From contig MU053652.1 in assembly GCA_013239625.1 (NCBI GenBank), positions 5,757,902-5,821,901 on the forward strand: DNA of 64,000 nucleotides, in the 5' to 3' direction. Shown here in pieces: positions 12,141 through 24,040 of the stretch. The DNA is from Lama guanicoe (lineage: Eukaryota). The notes below the pieces were generated by a model. It was not told where the DNA came from. It saw nothing but the letters and a program-made list of their open reading frames with translations, and ran no database searches. Position 1 is the first letter of the stretch, and each line of letters starts with the position of its first letter. The translations under genes were made by a program, and so were the position numbers.

Positions 12141-14494
12141 ATGAACTTATTCCTATTCTTTGTATGGTTATTTGTTTGCTTTTCAGCATTGTGTATAACA
12201 TCCAGTCCCTGTCTATACAAACTGGTCCTTGGCCACAGTCTCTATCCTGTTGGCTGGCTTTTGCTCTCTTCATCTGATAACCTTCCATAAGCTGCCACTA
12301 ACAAGGCCAATACAAATTTAGCATGAATCAAATAGTTTATTTAGAAAAATGATGTCCACTAAGGCTCATCAGGATTGAGCCATTGAATGAAATGTTTTGC
12401 TCAATCTGTGCAATGAGAAAAACATTTTAGGAGAGTTTCTCCTAAAATTCTGTGAGAATTCTGTGGGAGAAACTGCAATGTAGTACAAATGTTTTAGTTC
12501 CATGTTTCCAGCTTCCTACGAGTAGAAAGTTTAACCATTTAATGTGTAGCCTTGCCTGATTGTTAATCTGGGCATCTATAGATATAATTATTGGTTTGGG
12601 TTTCAAAGCTTGGCTTTTGCTTGGTCTTGCAACAGCAGTCAGCCAATCTAAGCAATTTGTCATTCTTATAACAAGAATGCAGAGGAAGACCTAAAAGTGG
12701 TAAATGGATTTGGAAGTCTTTGCAGCTAACCCTTGATGGAGTTGGAGGATTAGATTATGACTGACACAGACATGCTTTATTGACCGTGATTTAACGGCTT
12801 CACAGTTTTCTTTTCATTTCTAGAGCATTTACATATTTCTGGGTTGGTTAATGGATAAATCTTAGACAATGGCTTTGTACCACCATGGTGGAACACTAGT
12901 AAACTCATATATTACATCTAATGGATATCAAAATGGTAGTTTCTCCAAGACCAATATATGTCTGTAAGACATTTTCATAATCTGAAGTCATAAAACACAT
13001 TTACATCTGCATATTTAGTATGCACTTGTAGGTGCACATTTAACTATGCATGACTATTTATATATTCACACACAAGAAGTGAGATTTATTATGAGTATTG
13101 AAAATGGAACTTTGAAGTCATGAAGGCTTAAGGCAGTTTCCTCAAGACCTACTTTTGCTTGATTATGATTTATTCATTTAAACTTAGCCAGTTGTATATG
13201 AATCGAACTGTTCTCTTTGAAGAGAGGTGCGTTACCTCAAAACTTATTAGGACAATATATGAATGTTGGACCTATTTAAGGCTTGATGAATTGGATTAAA
13301 GAAATAATATATGAACTACTGTAAGTTTTTAAATGTGGAGGATGGTTTCTGTTTTATGTAATTGAATATTTTTACTATGCTTTTTTACTACTAGGCATTT
13401 TTAGGGACACATTTGTATTTGGGAGCAAAAGGGAGAGAATAGTCTAAAGGAAGACAAAAATGAAGGATAAGGTCCATGTAATGCATCTGAAATTGCTATT
13501 TGTTCTTTTTCCAAGGAGGGTAGATTTAAAAGATTCACAGGTAACCTTAGCTAATCACAGATAAGATAGGCATTCTTATTCTGGTACAAGTCACTGTTAT
13601 CCGTTGAATTTGCAGAATTATCTGACTGAGTTATTTTTTTCACATATATATAAAACAAATATATGTGAATAAATAAGGCAATGCCAGTAACTACCAAAAG
13701 CTCATCTTACCTCTGGCCACAATGTAAGATGGTCTAGGCATTCTGTGTCTTGGGTTGAGTGAGTTCAACAGCAGAAGTCATGTGAGGCAGTCTCATGGAG
13801 TAGGGCTCTGCTCTGTAAGACCCTGTTTTTTTCTGCCCTGGGGAGATTGAGGTGGTAGGGTTGGGCCCTTGGAGTGACATTAAAACGTTGCAGTACAAAC
13901 CCAACAGCCCCAGTCTGTGAACAATGGGTGCTTCCCCCCTCCCTTACCCTTCCCCTGTCCCATGACTTGTCCATCAGAACAGACCAATGTCACACTGGTT
14001 TGTTTCTCCCAAAGGCAATTCTATTTCTCATTGACTTATTTTTTTCTGAAGATCTAGGGAGAGCCTTGGGCAGCACATTATTATTTCCATTGGTCCAATT
14101 AGCCTTGTTTTAGTTAGGAAGACAAGTTTACTAAATCAAAAGTTTTCTGGCTGGGTCATGCTGACCAGTACAATAGCCATCTCCAATTATTTTGCTATTA
14201 GAACAAAACATGTTCACTCCCTAAATGCTCAGTGTAGGAATTGTGATATATACATGTTTCTCTCTTGCAAGGGGAGGTGATCATCATGTTATTTTGCAGG
14301 AAGATTTTCAAGGTACAAGCTGACACCCTCTGTTGTTTTCTTTTCTTTTTAAGGTGAAATAATCACAAAGAACGTTAAGAAATCTCTGTCCCTCCTTATT
14401 TGGTACATAAAATCTTTTATATTATTTTTGTGGAAATGTATTTTGTCTCTTGCTTTGGTTCCACAAAGTGCCATTTTCTCAGTTTTAATTTAAC

Positions 14495-14800
14495 TTGAAC
14501 AATATTTTTGAGTACTTTCTAAGTGCCACACATTGGGCTGGTGGATGGAGACAGGAAGATGAAAAGACGTGACCTGCCCTCAAGAAGCTCACAATCTTTA
14601 AAAAAATAATCACTCAGTTTTGTGCTTATTTGTCTGTACACATAAGTGTAATTAGTAGCTTGTCCACAATGTATCAGGTTACACAGAGAGGGAGGTCATG
14701 GGGCAGATGAAGTCAGGGAAGGGGCTTTATGAAGGAGAAACATTCTGAGCTCATTTTTGAGCAAATAAGTGAATAAGGGTACATTAGTCAGAAAAAGAAG
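14495..14800 (-). mobile_element. L2 LINE fragment
   Basis: aacaatatttttgagtact...gtgccaca...ctgccctcaagaagctcacaatc...tcagggaaggggctttatgaaggag. Confidence 0.65.
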
Positions 14801-14896
14801 GAAAACAAAATACGGAGGGTGCAGGAGGTGCATTTTTATTTTGCAACTATGGTAGAATGTATGGTGGGAAACTTCCTCAAAAATTTGTTACGCTAA

Positions 14897-15726
14897 CAAT
14901 AGGCACATGAAATAATGCTTAATATCACTGATTATCAGAGAAATGCAAACCAAAACTATGATGAGGTATCACCTCACAGCAGTCAGAATGGCCATCATTC
15001 AAGAGTCCACAAATGACAAATGCTGGAGAGGCTGTGGAGAAAAGGGAACCCTCCTACACTGCTGGTGGGAATGCAGTTTGATAGCCAAAAGAACCTTAAT
15101 TCAAAAGGATACATGCACCCCAATGTTCACAGCAGCACTATTTACAATAGCCAAGACATGGGAACAACCTAAATGTCCACTGACAGATGACTGGATAAAG
15201 AAGTTGTGGTATATTCATACAATGAAATACTACTCAGCCATAAAAATAATAAAATAATGCCATTTGCAGCAACATAGATGGACCTGGAGATGGTCATTCT
15301 AAGTAAAATAAGCCAGAAAGAGAAGGAAAAATACCATGTGACATCACTTATATGTGAAATCTTAAGAAAAAAAAAAGACAAATGAACTTATTTACAAAAC
15401 AGAAACAGACTCACAGGCATAGAAAACAAACTTATGGTTACCAAGGGAGAAGAGGGGAATGGAAAAGAACAAATCGGAAGTTCGAGATTTGCAGATATTA
15501 ACTAATATATATAAAATAAATAAAATAAATAAGTTCATACTGTGTAGCACAAGGAACTATATTCAATATCTTGTAGTAACTTTTGGTGAAAAAGAATATG
15601 AAAACGAATATATGTATGCTCATGTATGACTGAAGCACTATACTGTACACCAGAAATTGACACAGCATTGTAAACTGACTATACTTCAGTAAAAAATATA
15701 TATATATACAGAAAATGGAAAAAAAA
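14897..15726 (+). mobile_element. LINE-1, 5'-truncated (ORF2 C-terminus, 3' UTR, A-rich tail)
   Basis: ORF 14943-15257 carries ORF2 C-terminal motifs ([53 protein letters not shown]). Degenerate target-site duplication aaaaatttgttacgctaa (14879) / aaaaatttatagtgctaa (15722). Confidence 0.95.
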
Positions 15727-16657
15727 TTTATAGTGCTAAGAGGCATATTTGACAGTGGAAGAACAGATTCAAGAGTGTTTGTATACATATCACAAAAAGA
15801 CATACACTTGGAATAAGTCAGAATTACTATGCTTTTCTTTAAAAACATCATCGAATAGCTTCGATAACGTTTTAATATGTAAGTAAAGTAAAGTAACTTA
15901 GTAATTTAGCTTCACGTCTGCATAGGTCAGTTGTTTTTTATTCATTTAGATAATCTATTGAGAATTTTAAATGTTCTGTCAAAATCTTCTTTTTCTTAGC
16001 AAATTTTTTTTTCTCTTCCCAGATGTAGGAAGAGAAGTTAAGGTCAAAGATGTAGAAGGTTTTTGTGAATGGAGAAATGACTGTAGAGTTGAAGTGATTA
16101 GACAATATAGCCATCTTGAATACTGAGCATGAAACTCAGTTTTTGGGGGAGAGTACACAGGAACAGCTTGACCTATAGGGCAAACCACTGAGCAGAGCAA
16201 ATACGTAGGTGGTAGGAGTAAAACACTTACTGCAGGCTTAGATGATCGGGTTATCGTGGCAGGCAACATTTGCTCTGACCACAGGTGTTCAAAGAAAACG
16301 ATGTTAAGTGTTTTAAGCAAGCTCTTATTGAAGGGGATTGGTTAAAATTGGAAATTGCTAACTGTGACTTATTAAGAGACACAGTATCCATAAGTCAATT
16401 AAGGTGCCTTATATTCTATTCCATTACCAGCATTCATTTAAACATAAACTACTGTTAAGTTCTACTCACAGTAGCACAAATCAAAAGTTCAGGCTACTTT
16501 CACTTACTCTACAGTGTTTGTCTTTTGCTGGACTGAAACAAAATACTGCTTTTGATTTGGTTTCTGATAAGCTTGAAAGGAAACAAATTTGTATTCAACA
16601 AATACCTGGTGCTATAATCTTATTTTTGCTTTGCTTCTCACATCCTGACTTTATGAA

Positions 16658-16850
16658 ACAGCGTGGGGCATTTTGAAGGCTGGGCTTTGGCATTTGAACA
16701 GTGCTGGTTTGAATATTGTCTCATCACTTGCTGTTTGACCTTAGTCAAGTCACTTAACCTACTCAAGCCTCAATTTACCTGGCCCTGATACCTGCCTTGC
16801 AGCGCCATTTAGGGGAGGAAATGTAACTTTCATTGCTTAGCGGATGGTAT
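16658..16850 (+). mobile_element. MIR SINE
   Basis: tgaccttagtcaagtcacttaacctactcaagcctcaattt core. Confidence 0.7.
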
Positions 16851-17124
16851 GTCTTCATAGATATTATTGTTATTCTTCTTCTTATAAGGTTGAAATGCAT
16901 GCTGAGCAAGATAGTTTTTGTGCAATCAAAAATTACGATGAAAATTAGTATTTTATATGTGAGCTGTATTATTACTACCTCTGGCCGCAGAGGAAGGAAG
17001 CAGAGGAAAAGGGTTGGGGAAGGGAGAGAGGGGGCACATGGTGTCAGCAAGAAAACTTCCCCATTTATAGTTGGGGCCACTGGGGAGTTAAATCTTCTCT
17101 ACTGTGGATATGGAGGAATATTTA

Positions 17125-17269
17125 TTTATTAATATTTTATTTATGTTTTGGGGGGCCTTATTAGGTTTATTAGGTTTATTTATTTATTTTTAACGGCGGT
17201 CCTGGGGATTGAACCTGGGACCTTGGGCATGCTAAACATGCCCTCTACCACTGAGATATACCCTCCCCC
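17125..17269 (-). mobile_element. tRNA-derived SINE, camelid Vic-1-like, young
   Basis: Minus strand GGGGGAGGGTATATCTCAGTGGTAGAG...GGTTCAATCCCC (A and B boxes), A-rich tail, perfect 12-bp TSD GAGGAATATTTA at 17113-17124 and 17272-17283. Confidence 0.92.
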
Positions 17270-19154
17270 TAGAGGAATATTTAAAACCAGAACAGATGAG
17301 TGAGCAACTATAGCAGAGCTGACGGGGAAACAGGGCTCAGTTGTGCTTACGCAGCAGATGGCCAAGCAAAAAGGACGTGTACAAGCCTGGGGACAGTGCT
17401 TTCCTTCAGGCTGCTGGGACTCTATCAGTGTGCTTCCCGATAGACAGTCTGTGAGCTGAACATTCCAAAGCATCAATCTTGGGATCTGCAGAGTCTGGGA
17501 CAGGTTAGGAAGCACCTGCTGTGTGGTGCTCAGAGGCAGGGGTCGAGCCAGCGCCTGCCTGCTTAACCGGAGCCCAGCACACAGTAGGGATGCCGTGGTG
17601 TTGGCAGGATCCGGATGAATGCACGCATCCTGCACTTTACAGCCCTCGTGAGTATCTGCCATGTGAATAATTCAAGCTAAATTCCGGACAAATGAGACTC
17701 TTGTTATATTCTCTTATACATGGCGATGGTATAAGAGAGGAAAAGAGAATGGAAATCAATGGTAAATTAAGCAAAGGGAATTAACCTCCAAAAGACAAGC
17801 CCTTTAAATGCCTCTCAAAATTCGGCATTTGCTTGTGTTACAAAATGCTTTGATCAATGAAATGCAGTAGGTGAGGAGTTTCACACTTAGCAAGTCTTTC
17901 TCCAAAGCCTATTTAGGATGAACCAGAAAATCTTTCACTTTTTTCCCCCTAAGCTTAACCCTTTTACAGAGAAAGGATTTCTGTTATCTCCATTTAAAGA
18001 AAGACTTAGATAACTAAGATCAATTGAGTTTTGAGAGCTATATACTTTGTCCTGTAGCTATGATAATATGGTCAGAACTGTCTTTATGAAAATGAGGAAG
18101 GAGAATTGTTTGATGTGTGAATATTTGCAAGAGAAGAACTGGCTCCAATTCTCGGCATCACATTTGTTTATATGTCAGTCATCCATAAAGATGAAGGAGG
18201 TACCACCTGGAGGCGTGAGTGTTCTTTGCTGAATTTTAAGTGTTGCTAAGCCATTTGAGGGCGGATCTAGAATACCCTTCAATTCATATAGAAAGTGGGA
18301 GTAGCAAGAAAAGAACAAAATTAAGTGGCACTGTTTTCAAAATAGGAATAGTTTGGATTTTAAAATTTATTTGCTCAGAAGAGACATGGTCCAATGCCAT
18401 TCACACATTTTTCAATTCAATTCAATTTCTTTTTATATGTGTCTCTGAAGTAACATGCACAAACAGTTTTTCTGGGTCTAGAACAAAGCCAAATCTAGGT
18501 CTCAGACTAAGGCTCCAATATTTCCTTAAGCGTGCCCCAAATAGATTAAGATGATCGCCTCTACTTCTTCCCTGATAGCCATCAACTCTGAAGGTATAAT
18601 AACTTTGTAAACTATAAAATAATTTCATTTTCAGTTCTAAGCCAACATTGTAAGAACAGTGTTGTCTTTCGGCCAGAATAATGTTATTAATTAGATTGTT
18701 AATTTTCACTCTTGTTCTAAGAAAACATTGTCTACTTTTTCATAACTAAAGCTATGTTCTCTGTTTTCTACACTTCTTTAAAAGCCAAGGCATCTCAATT
18801 GTTTCCAGGGGAATATTTTTCATTTACTTATTTTTTTTGCTTGCGTCTTTGAAGAAGACTGAATGAAACAGCACTGTATTATTAGTAGAGTTGCCTTCAT
18901 TTGTGAAGACGTCTGCTAAGTGTGACATCATCTGACTCTGTTTTGATAACAAAGATGGTGCATCTTTGCAGCAGATTGTTTTTTTCTTCACCGCCAGTTG
19001 CCGGGATCTTGTCAGAATAGAAAAATTGGAAGATTGATTGGTGTTCTTTTCTTATTTATTGATTTACTTGGGTTTCTGGCTGACTGATGTATGTGTAGAA
19101 TCAGATACCATGGATTGTGTGTGTGGAGAAGAAAAAATAAAGAGCTCAATAATA

Positions 19155-19365
19155 AAAATAATGAGAACTACCATTTATTAAATGGTTATAATTTGCTAGG
19201 CACTGTGGTAAGTACTTTATACACATTATCTTTTTTAATCTTCTCAACAATTGGATCTTATAAATGAGAAAGCTGAGTTTGGAGAAGATAATTAATTTAC
19301 TTCAGTGCCATTCAGCTAATAAGTGATGAAGCTGATTTCAACCTGGGCTTATCTGACTCAAGAAC
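19155..19365 (-). mobile_element. MIR SINE
   Basis: ccatttatt...gctaggcactgtggtaagtactttatacacattatc...aaatgagaaagctgag. Confidence 0.8.
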
Positions 19366-21029
19366 TCAGACCAGATGGCTCTGATCAAATAATGATTTAT
19401 GATCAAATTAAATTCAAGATATGTGAGCCAGGCATTTCACTAGGCACCATGGAAGATGCGAAGATGACAAGAAGTTTATAGTTCCTTAGAGGAAAAAGAC
19501 ACGTACACAAATAATTGTCATGATTAGAAGCAAATTTTACAGGTGGACTTAAGGTTTTTCCATTTTGCTGGAAATCTTTCAACCCCAGAAAATGTACTCT
19601 TTCCCTCCAAAATTTGGTCCCAAGTCCATTGGTTCAAGTGGAATATAATGAAGATACAAGTTTCTATGACTTTCTCCCAATCCCGGGACAATGTTGTCAT
19701 CTCTCAAGTAAGGAATCAAAACTAGTCTTTCAATGATTTTAACCTCACTTTTGTCAAACTTTGCCTCGAAATATCCCATCTTTCTCCTCCCTTCCAGGCC
19801 TCTGATAGAGGTTTGGCTCGGGGACTTTCCATCTCTGGTACGGCCAGTGTAGTTTCCTCCTTCCAGCATTTGGCACCACATTCTGTAGTCTGTCCTTACT
19901 GCCTCTCAATTAAACATCACACCAAGCCAGTCCTTAAAGCTCTGTGGATTCACAGGACCCTGTGAATTAGAGCTAACAGCCTTCGCTCTCCTTCAAAGGC
20001 TTTTCCCAGGGTTACTCTTATAAGCTCACTGCCCTCAATGTCTTTTATCTTCCAGCTTTCTCCTTCCATCTGCCCACATTAAATTTCACCATGTTTCAGA
20101 AGCTGGTTAAGGAGTCAATCAAATACATTTCGAGTCTAAGTGTAGGTTCCATGCAGGTCACTCCCTCACAGTTTTGATGACATTGGATGACTTTATGGAA
20201 TGTACTTCATCATGAAATAAACTGGGTCATGCGTTGACTCTTTGCTATTTCACTACAGTATATGGTGGGGTTGAGGGTGGGGCAGGTAGAGAAAATCCTT
20301 ACTATAATAGACCTGGCTCTTTTCCATCTAGATGATTTTCTTTCAGGGAGGAGATCCCATGGTTTTCTAGTTCTTTGGGGGAAGTGGAAGGGACTCCTCT
20401 ATTATAAGTTTTCTACTTTTTTTTTTTTTTGGTTTTGTTTCAGCTAACATTTCAATGCTTACTAATTTTGTTCCACTCTCTGATTGAGATCTTCCTATTT
20501 TCCAGGCATAAGCTCTGTCGCTATCAACGCAGTGGTCTGACCTTGTCAGACACCAGAATCATCTGTGGAACCTTTAAGAAGTGTTCAGACAAGGTCCCAC
20601 CCCTGTGCTTCTGATTCTGTAATTTGTTACCCAGGGATGAGACAGATGCCTATATTCATTAGAAGGCCCTCCACTGCTTAGATTATTTTTCTTTTACCAG
20701 ATCTATCTTCATGATTCCTTTTCACAGTAATATTAGGCTCTGTGAAGAATTCTATTAGGAATGAGAAGAAAAGATAAACTTTGCAAGTTTAGTTAGGCCT
20801 AAGAATAAACATTGCTCCTCGTGTGTTCTAGGGTGAATTCTGACAAGATTCATCTCTCCTCATTGCAAGCTATTAATCCCTTTCTACCACGTGCTTCCTG
20901 TTTCTCCCCGTTCATGTTCCTACCAGGTTAATAAAGAAGATGTTAGGAAGTAATAAAGGAATCACGTTGTGGCCATCTTCAGTTATATTTCTGTTTCAAA
21001 AGGGAATGCTGAAGAGCGTATGATGGAAA

Positions 21030-21200
21030 TTAGCATTTATTGAACACCTACTGTCAGACACTATGCCTGCTGGTCTGACATACACTGTTATGCTTCATCA
21101 AACATCGGACTGAGTTAGGCATTGTTGTTTGCCTCTTATACATGACACTGAGGTTCAGACTATAAATTAATAGTAAGTAATAGAGTGGGGACCTTCTCAC
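21030..21200 (-). mobile_element. MIR SINE, degraded
   Basis: agcatttattgaacacctactgtcagacact...actgaggttcaga. Confidence 0.6.
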
Positions 21201-22664
21201 ACTACATTTTTTCCTACATTACATTCCCTCGTTGGAAACGTTCAGATTACGTAGGTATTTATGTATCTTTCACCTATGTCTTCTCAAAATAAAACTAATA
21301 ATGCCCTAATTTTATTGTGATAAACTTAGATTTTATAAAATTCTTTCACATGCACATCTTTGTTCCCATTGCCTTAAAGTGCCGTTTATTTTGGGGTAAT
21401 TGAAAATATCACGAAATTAATTGAGCTCATCCTCTCTGCTGAGTAGTTCACATGTGTATGTGCAAAGGTTGTCGTTTAATGTCCTCAGCTCTCGACCACC
21501 TCAAGTTCATTTTTAAAATTACTGTCATAAGTGGGATTATACTCATAGTGAAAATTGCCTACAACAAAAGTGAGTGTGTACTTAATGAAACTGACAAAGT
21601 TGTCAGGCAGGTCTCTTATTAAGGAAATTAGAGGTAAAAAAGGGAAAATGTTATAGAGATCCACACATTCTTTAGAGGCGGCAGCAATGTGATGCATTAA
21701 AAAAAAATCCTTAAAATGACTGAATCTGGAGTTTACCTGATCGAGTAGGAAAAGAACCCCACTGGGGTTTGTTAACAGGAAGACAGACTTGAATTGACAG
21801 CAGTAATTAATCTCTTGAGACTAAATAAAGAAAAAGAACTCAGCTGAGTCTGTGGAACACCAACAAACACCTATGAATACTAGTTATAAAGAAAATGGAT
21901 CATTTATGTTGATCCTGGCTCTTGGGAAAGAGGGAATGTTCTTCGGAAGCCGCTGGTGTAGCAGGAGACTGAGAGCCACTTTTATTTATATATTTTTTAG
22001 CCCTCAGGTCAGCAGAAAGAATGAGTTGATAGGGATTCAAACAGTTTTCATTGAGAACCTTTCTGCTGTTCTGGTTTTTGCATCCAGCCAAGAGGAAAAT
22101 GTTATTTTACAGCCTTTGTGTTGGTGTTGATGGGTTCTTAGGAGACTGCTTGAGGAAAGGAAGGTGGGAGAGGCAGATAGGACACTTCTAAAAGAAAGGC
22201 TTAAATATTGGCTGTTATCCAGGCATAAGTAATATTGGAAAGGGATTGTCAACCAAACCTACATAGAAACATTTCACTTGAGGTCACTGTCAATTCTTTT
22301 TCTTAAGGGCTAGTAATGAATGTGTTCTTAATTTACATATATACCTTCTCATTTTTGTGTGGGTTTATCTCAGTTGTTTCACTCCAATTCTTCTGCCTTT
22401 ATCCTGAATTGAAGTGAAAAATGAAATGTGTGAAACATTGTGAGAAAATTTGGCAAGCATCTCTCATTCTGAAGCCTGATGGTAATTGTTATTAAGGGAT
22501 TACAGGAAAATCTGACAGTGTAATTTAGGGATTCTCAGTTTATTCACAGATTCTTCTTCTCCCTCTACCTTGCTCAGCAAAGACATTCCTGTCTTTCTCA
22601 TAAAATCTAAACTCTGCTCATTGGCTTGTTGGCTCTTCCAATAATATTTCATTCAGTGCAAACA

Positions 22665-22900
22665 GTAATAATACGATCACTACAATACTAAGAACAAGCA
22701 TTTAGTGGATGCACAGTACTGTGCTAAGCAATGTACAGATTATTTGGTTTACTTCTCACAACAACCCTATAAGGAAGTTACTATTATTATCCCATTTTAC
22801 AGATGAGGAAATAGAGTTAGAGACATTAAATAAATTGTTTGAGCACCACAGTGAGGAAGTGGTGGACCTATAGAAAAACCCAGGCCTGGAAGTGAAATTA
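22665..22900 (-). mobile_element. MIR SINE (duplicated at about 25007-25242)
   Basis: ctcacaacaaccctataaggaag...tattatcccattttacagatgaggaaa. Confidence 0.85.
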
Positions 22901-22934
22901 GAGCATTACGTGTTGATTTCTCAGAAGAGGGAGG

Positions 22935-23071
22935 GAAGTTGCTGAACAAAATACAGGACACTCAGTTACACATGACTTGTAACTGAACAATAAATGATTT
23001 TTAGGGTCTGTCCCCTGTATTGCATGAGATGTGGACAGCTGTATTTTTATTTGCTATGTCTGGCAGCACTA
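22935..23071. mobile_element. MER53-like hAT MITE, internally deleted (duplicated at about 25277-25413)
   Basis: gttgctgaacaaaatacaggacactcagtta...ctgtatttttatttgctatgtctggcagcacta. Confidence 0.7.
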
Positions 23072-23406
23072 ACCACACTTGCCTATTGGCAGAATCATCT
23101 TTGAGCCAGAAAGTTCATTCAAAGCCATCTACCTCCAGTGTCTTAATATACAGAAGAGCTCAGGGGTCTTCAGATTTTCACGTTTCTGTGACTGGCATCA
23201 AAGCAAGGTTTAGGATTTTACCGTGCTGTCTCTGAAGTAAGTCCTCAGCAGTTTTCCGTCTGACTACCAAGTGAGACTGTCCTTGTTATTTCCAACAGTA
23301 TTTCTCTCCTGCCTGTTTTCTGAATTGGTGTCTGGAAAGCAAATTTTTGCAAACACTCTACCAATAACGATGTGGGGAGACGTGGAGGCAGGGAGGGAGG
23401 AAGCAA

Positions 23407-24040
23407 NNNNNNNNNNNNNNNNNNNNNNNNNNNNNNNNNNNNNNNNNNNNNNNNNNNNNNNNNNNNNNNNNNNNNNNNNNNNNNNNNNNNNNNNNNNNNN
23501 NNNNNNNNNNNNNNNNNNNNNNNNNNNNNNNNNNNNNNNNNNNNNNNNNNNNNNNNNNNNNNNNNNNNNNNNNNNNNNNNNNNNNNNNNNNNNNNNNNNN
23601 NNNNNNNNNNNNNNNNNNNNNNNNNNNNNNNNNNNNNNNNNNNNNNNNNNNNNNNNNNNNNNNNNNNNNNNNNNNNNNNNNNNNNNNNNNNNNNNNNNNN
23701 NNNNNNNNNNNNNNNNNNNNNNNNNNNNNNNNNNNNNNNNNNNNNNNNNNNNNNNNNNNNNNNNNNNNNNNNNNNNNNNNNNNNNNNNNNNNNNNNNNNN
23801 NNNNNNNNNNNNNNNNNNNNNNNNNNNNNNNNNNNNNNNNNNNNNNNNNNNNNNNNNNNNNNNNNNNNNNNNNNNNNNNNNNNNNNNNNNNNNNNNNNNN
23901 NNNNNNNNNNNNNNNNNNNNNNNNNNNNNNNNNNNNNNNNNNNNNNNNNNNNNNNNNNNNNNNNNNNNNNNNNNNNNNNNNNNNNNNNNNNNNNNNNNNN
24001 NNNNNNNNNNNNNNNNNNNNNNNNNNNNNNNNNNNNNNNN
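23407..24040. other. Assembly gap (634 N)
   Basis: Run of n. Confidence 1.

Larger units (their letters stand above)
21699..23406 (+). repeat. Copy 1 of a 1.7 kb near-identical direct duplication
   Basis: Matches 24041-25738 except for 2 substitutions and one 10-bp indel that I could see; duplicated ORFs in the track at offset 2342. Confidence 0.97.

Noticed and set aside
16023..16125. Strong acceptor (tttttttctcttccCAG) followed by DVGREVKVKD...
   Set aside because: Reaches a stop within about 35 codons, no nearby donor, no recognisable homology
17195..17269. tRNA gene (also at 27255-27325 and 36030-36103)
   Set aside because: A/B boxes belong to SINE heads with A-rich tails, and a TSD in this copy; no proper acceptor stem
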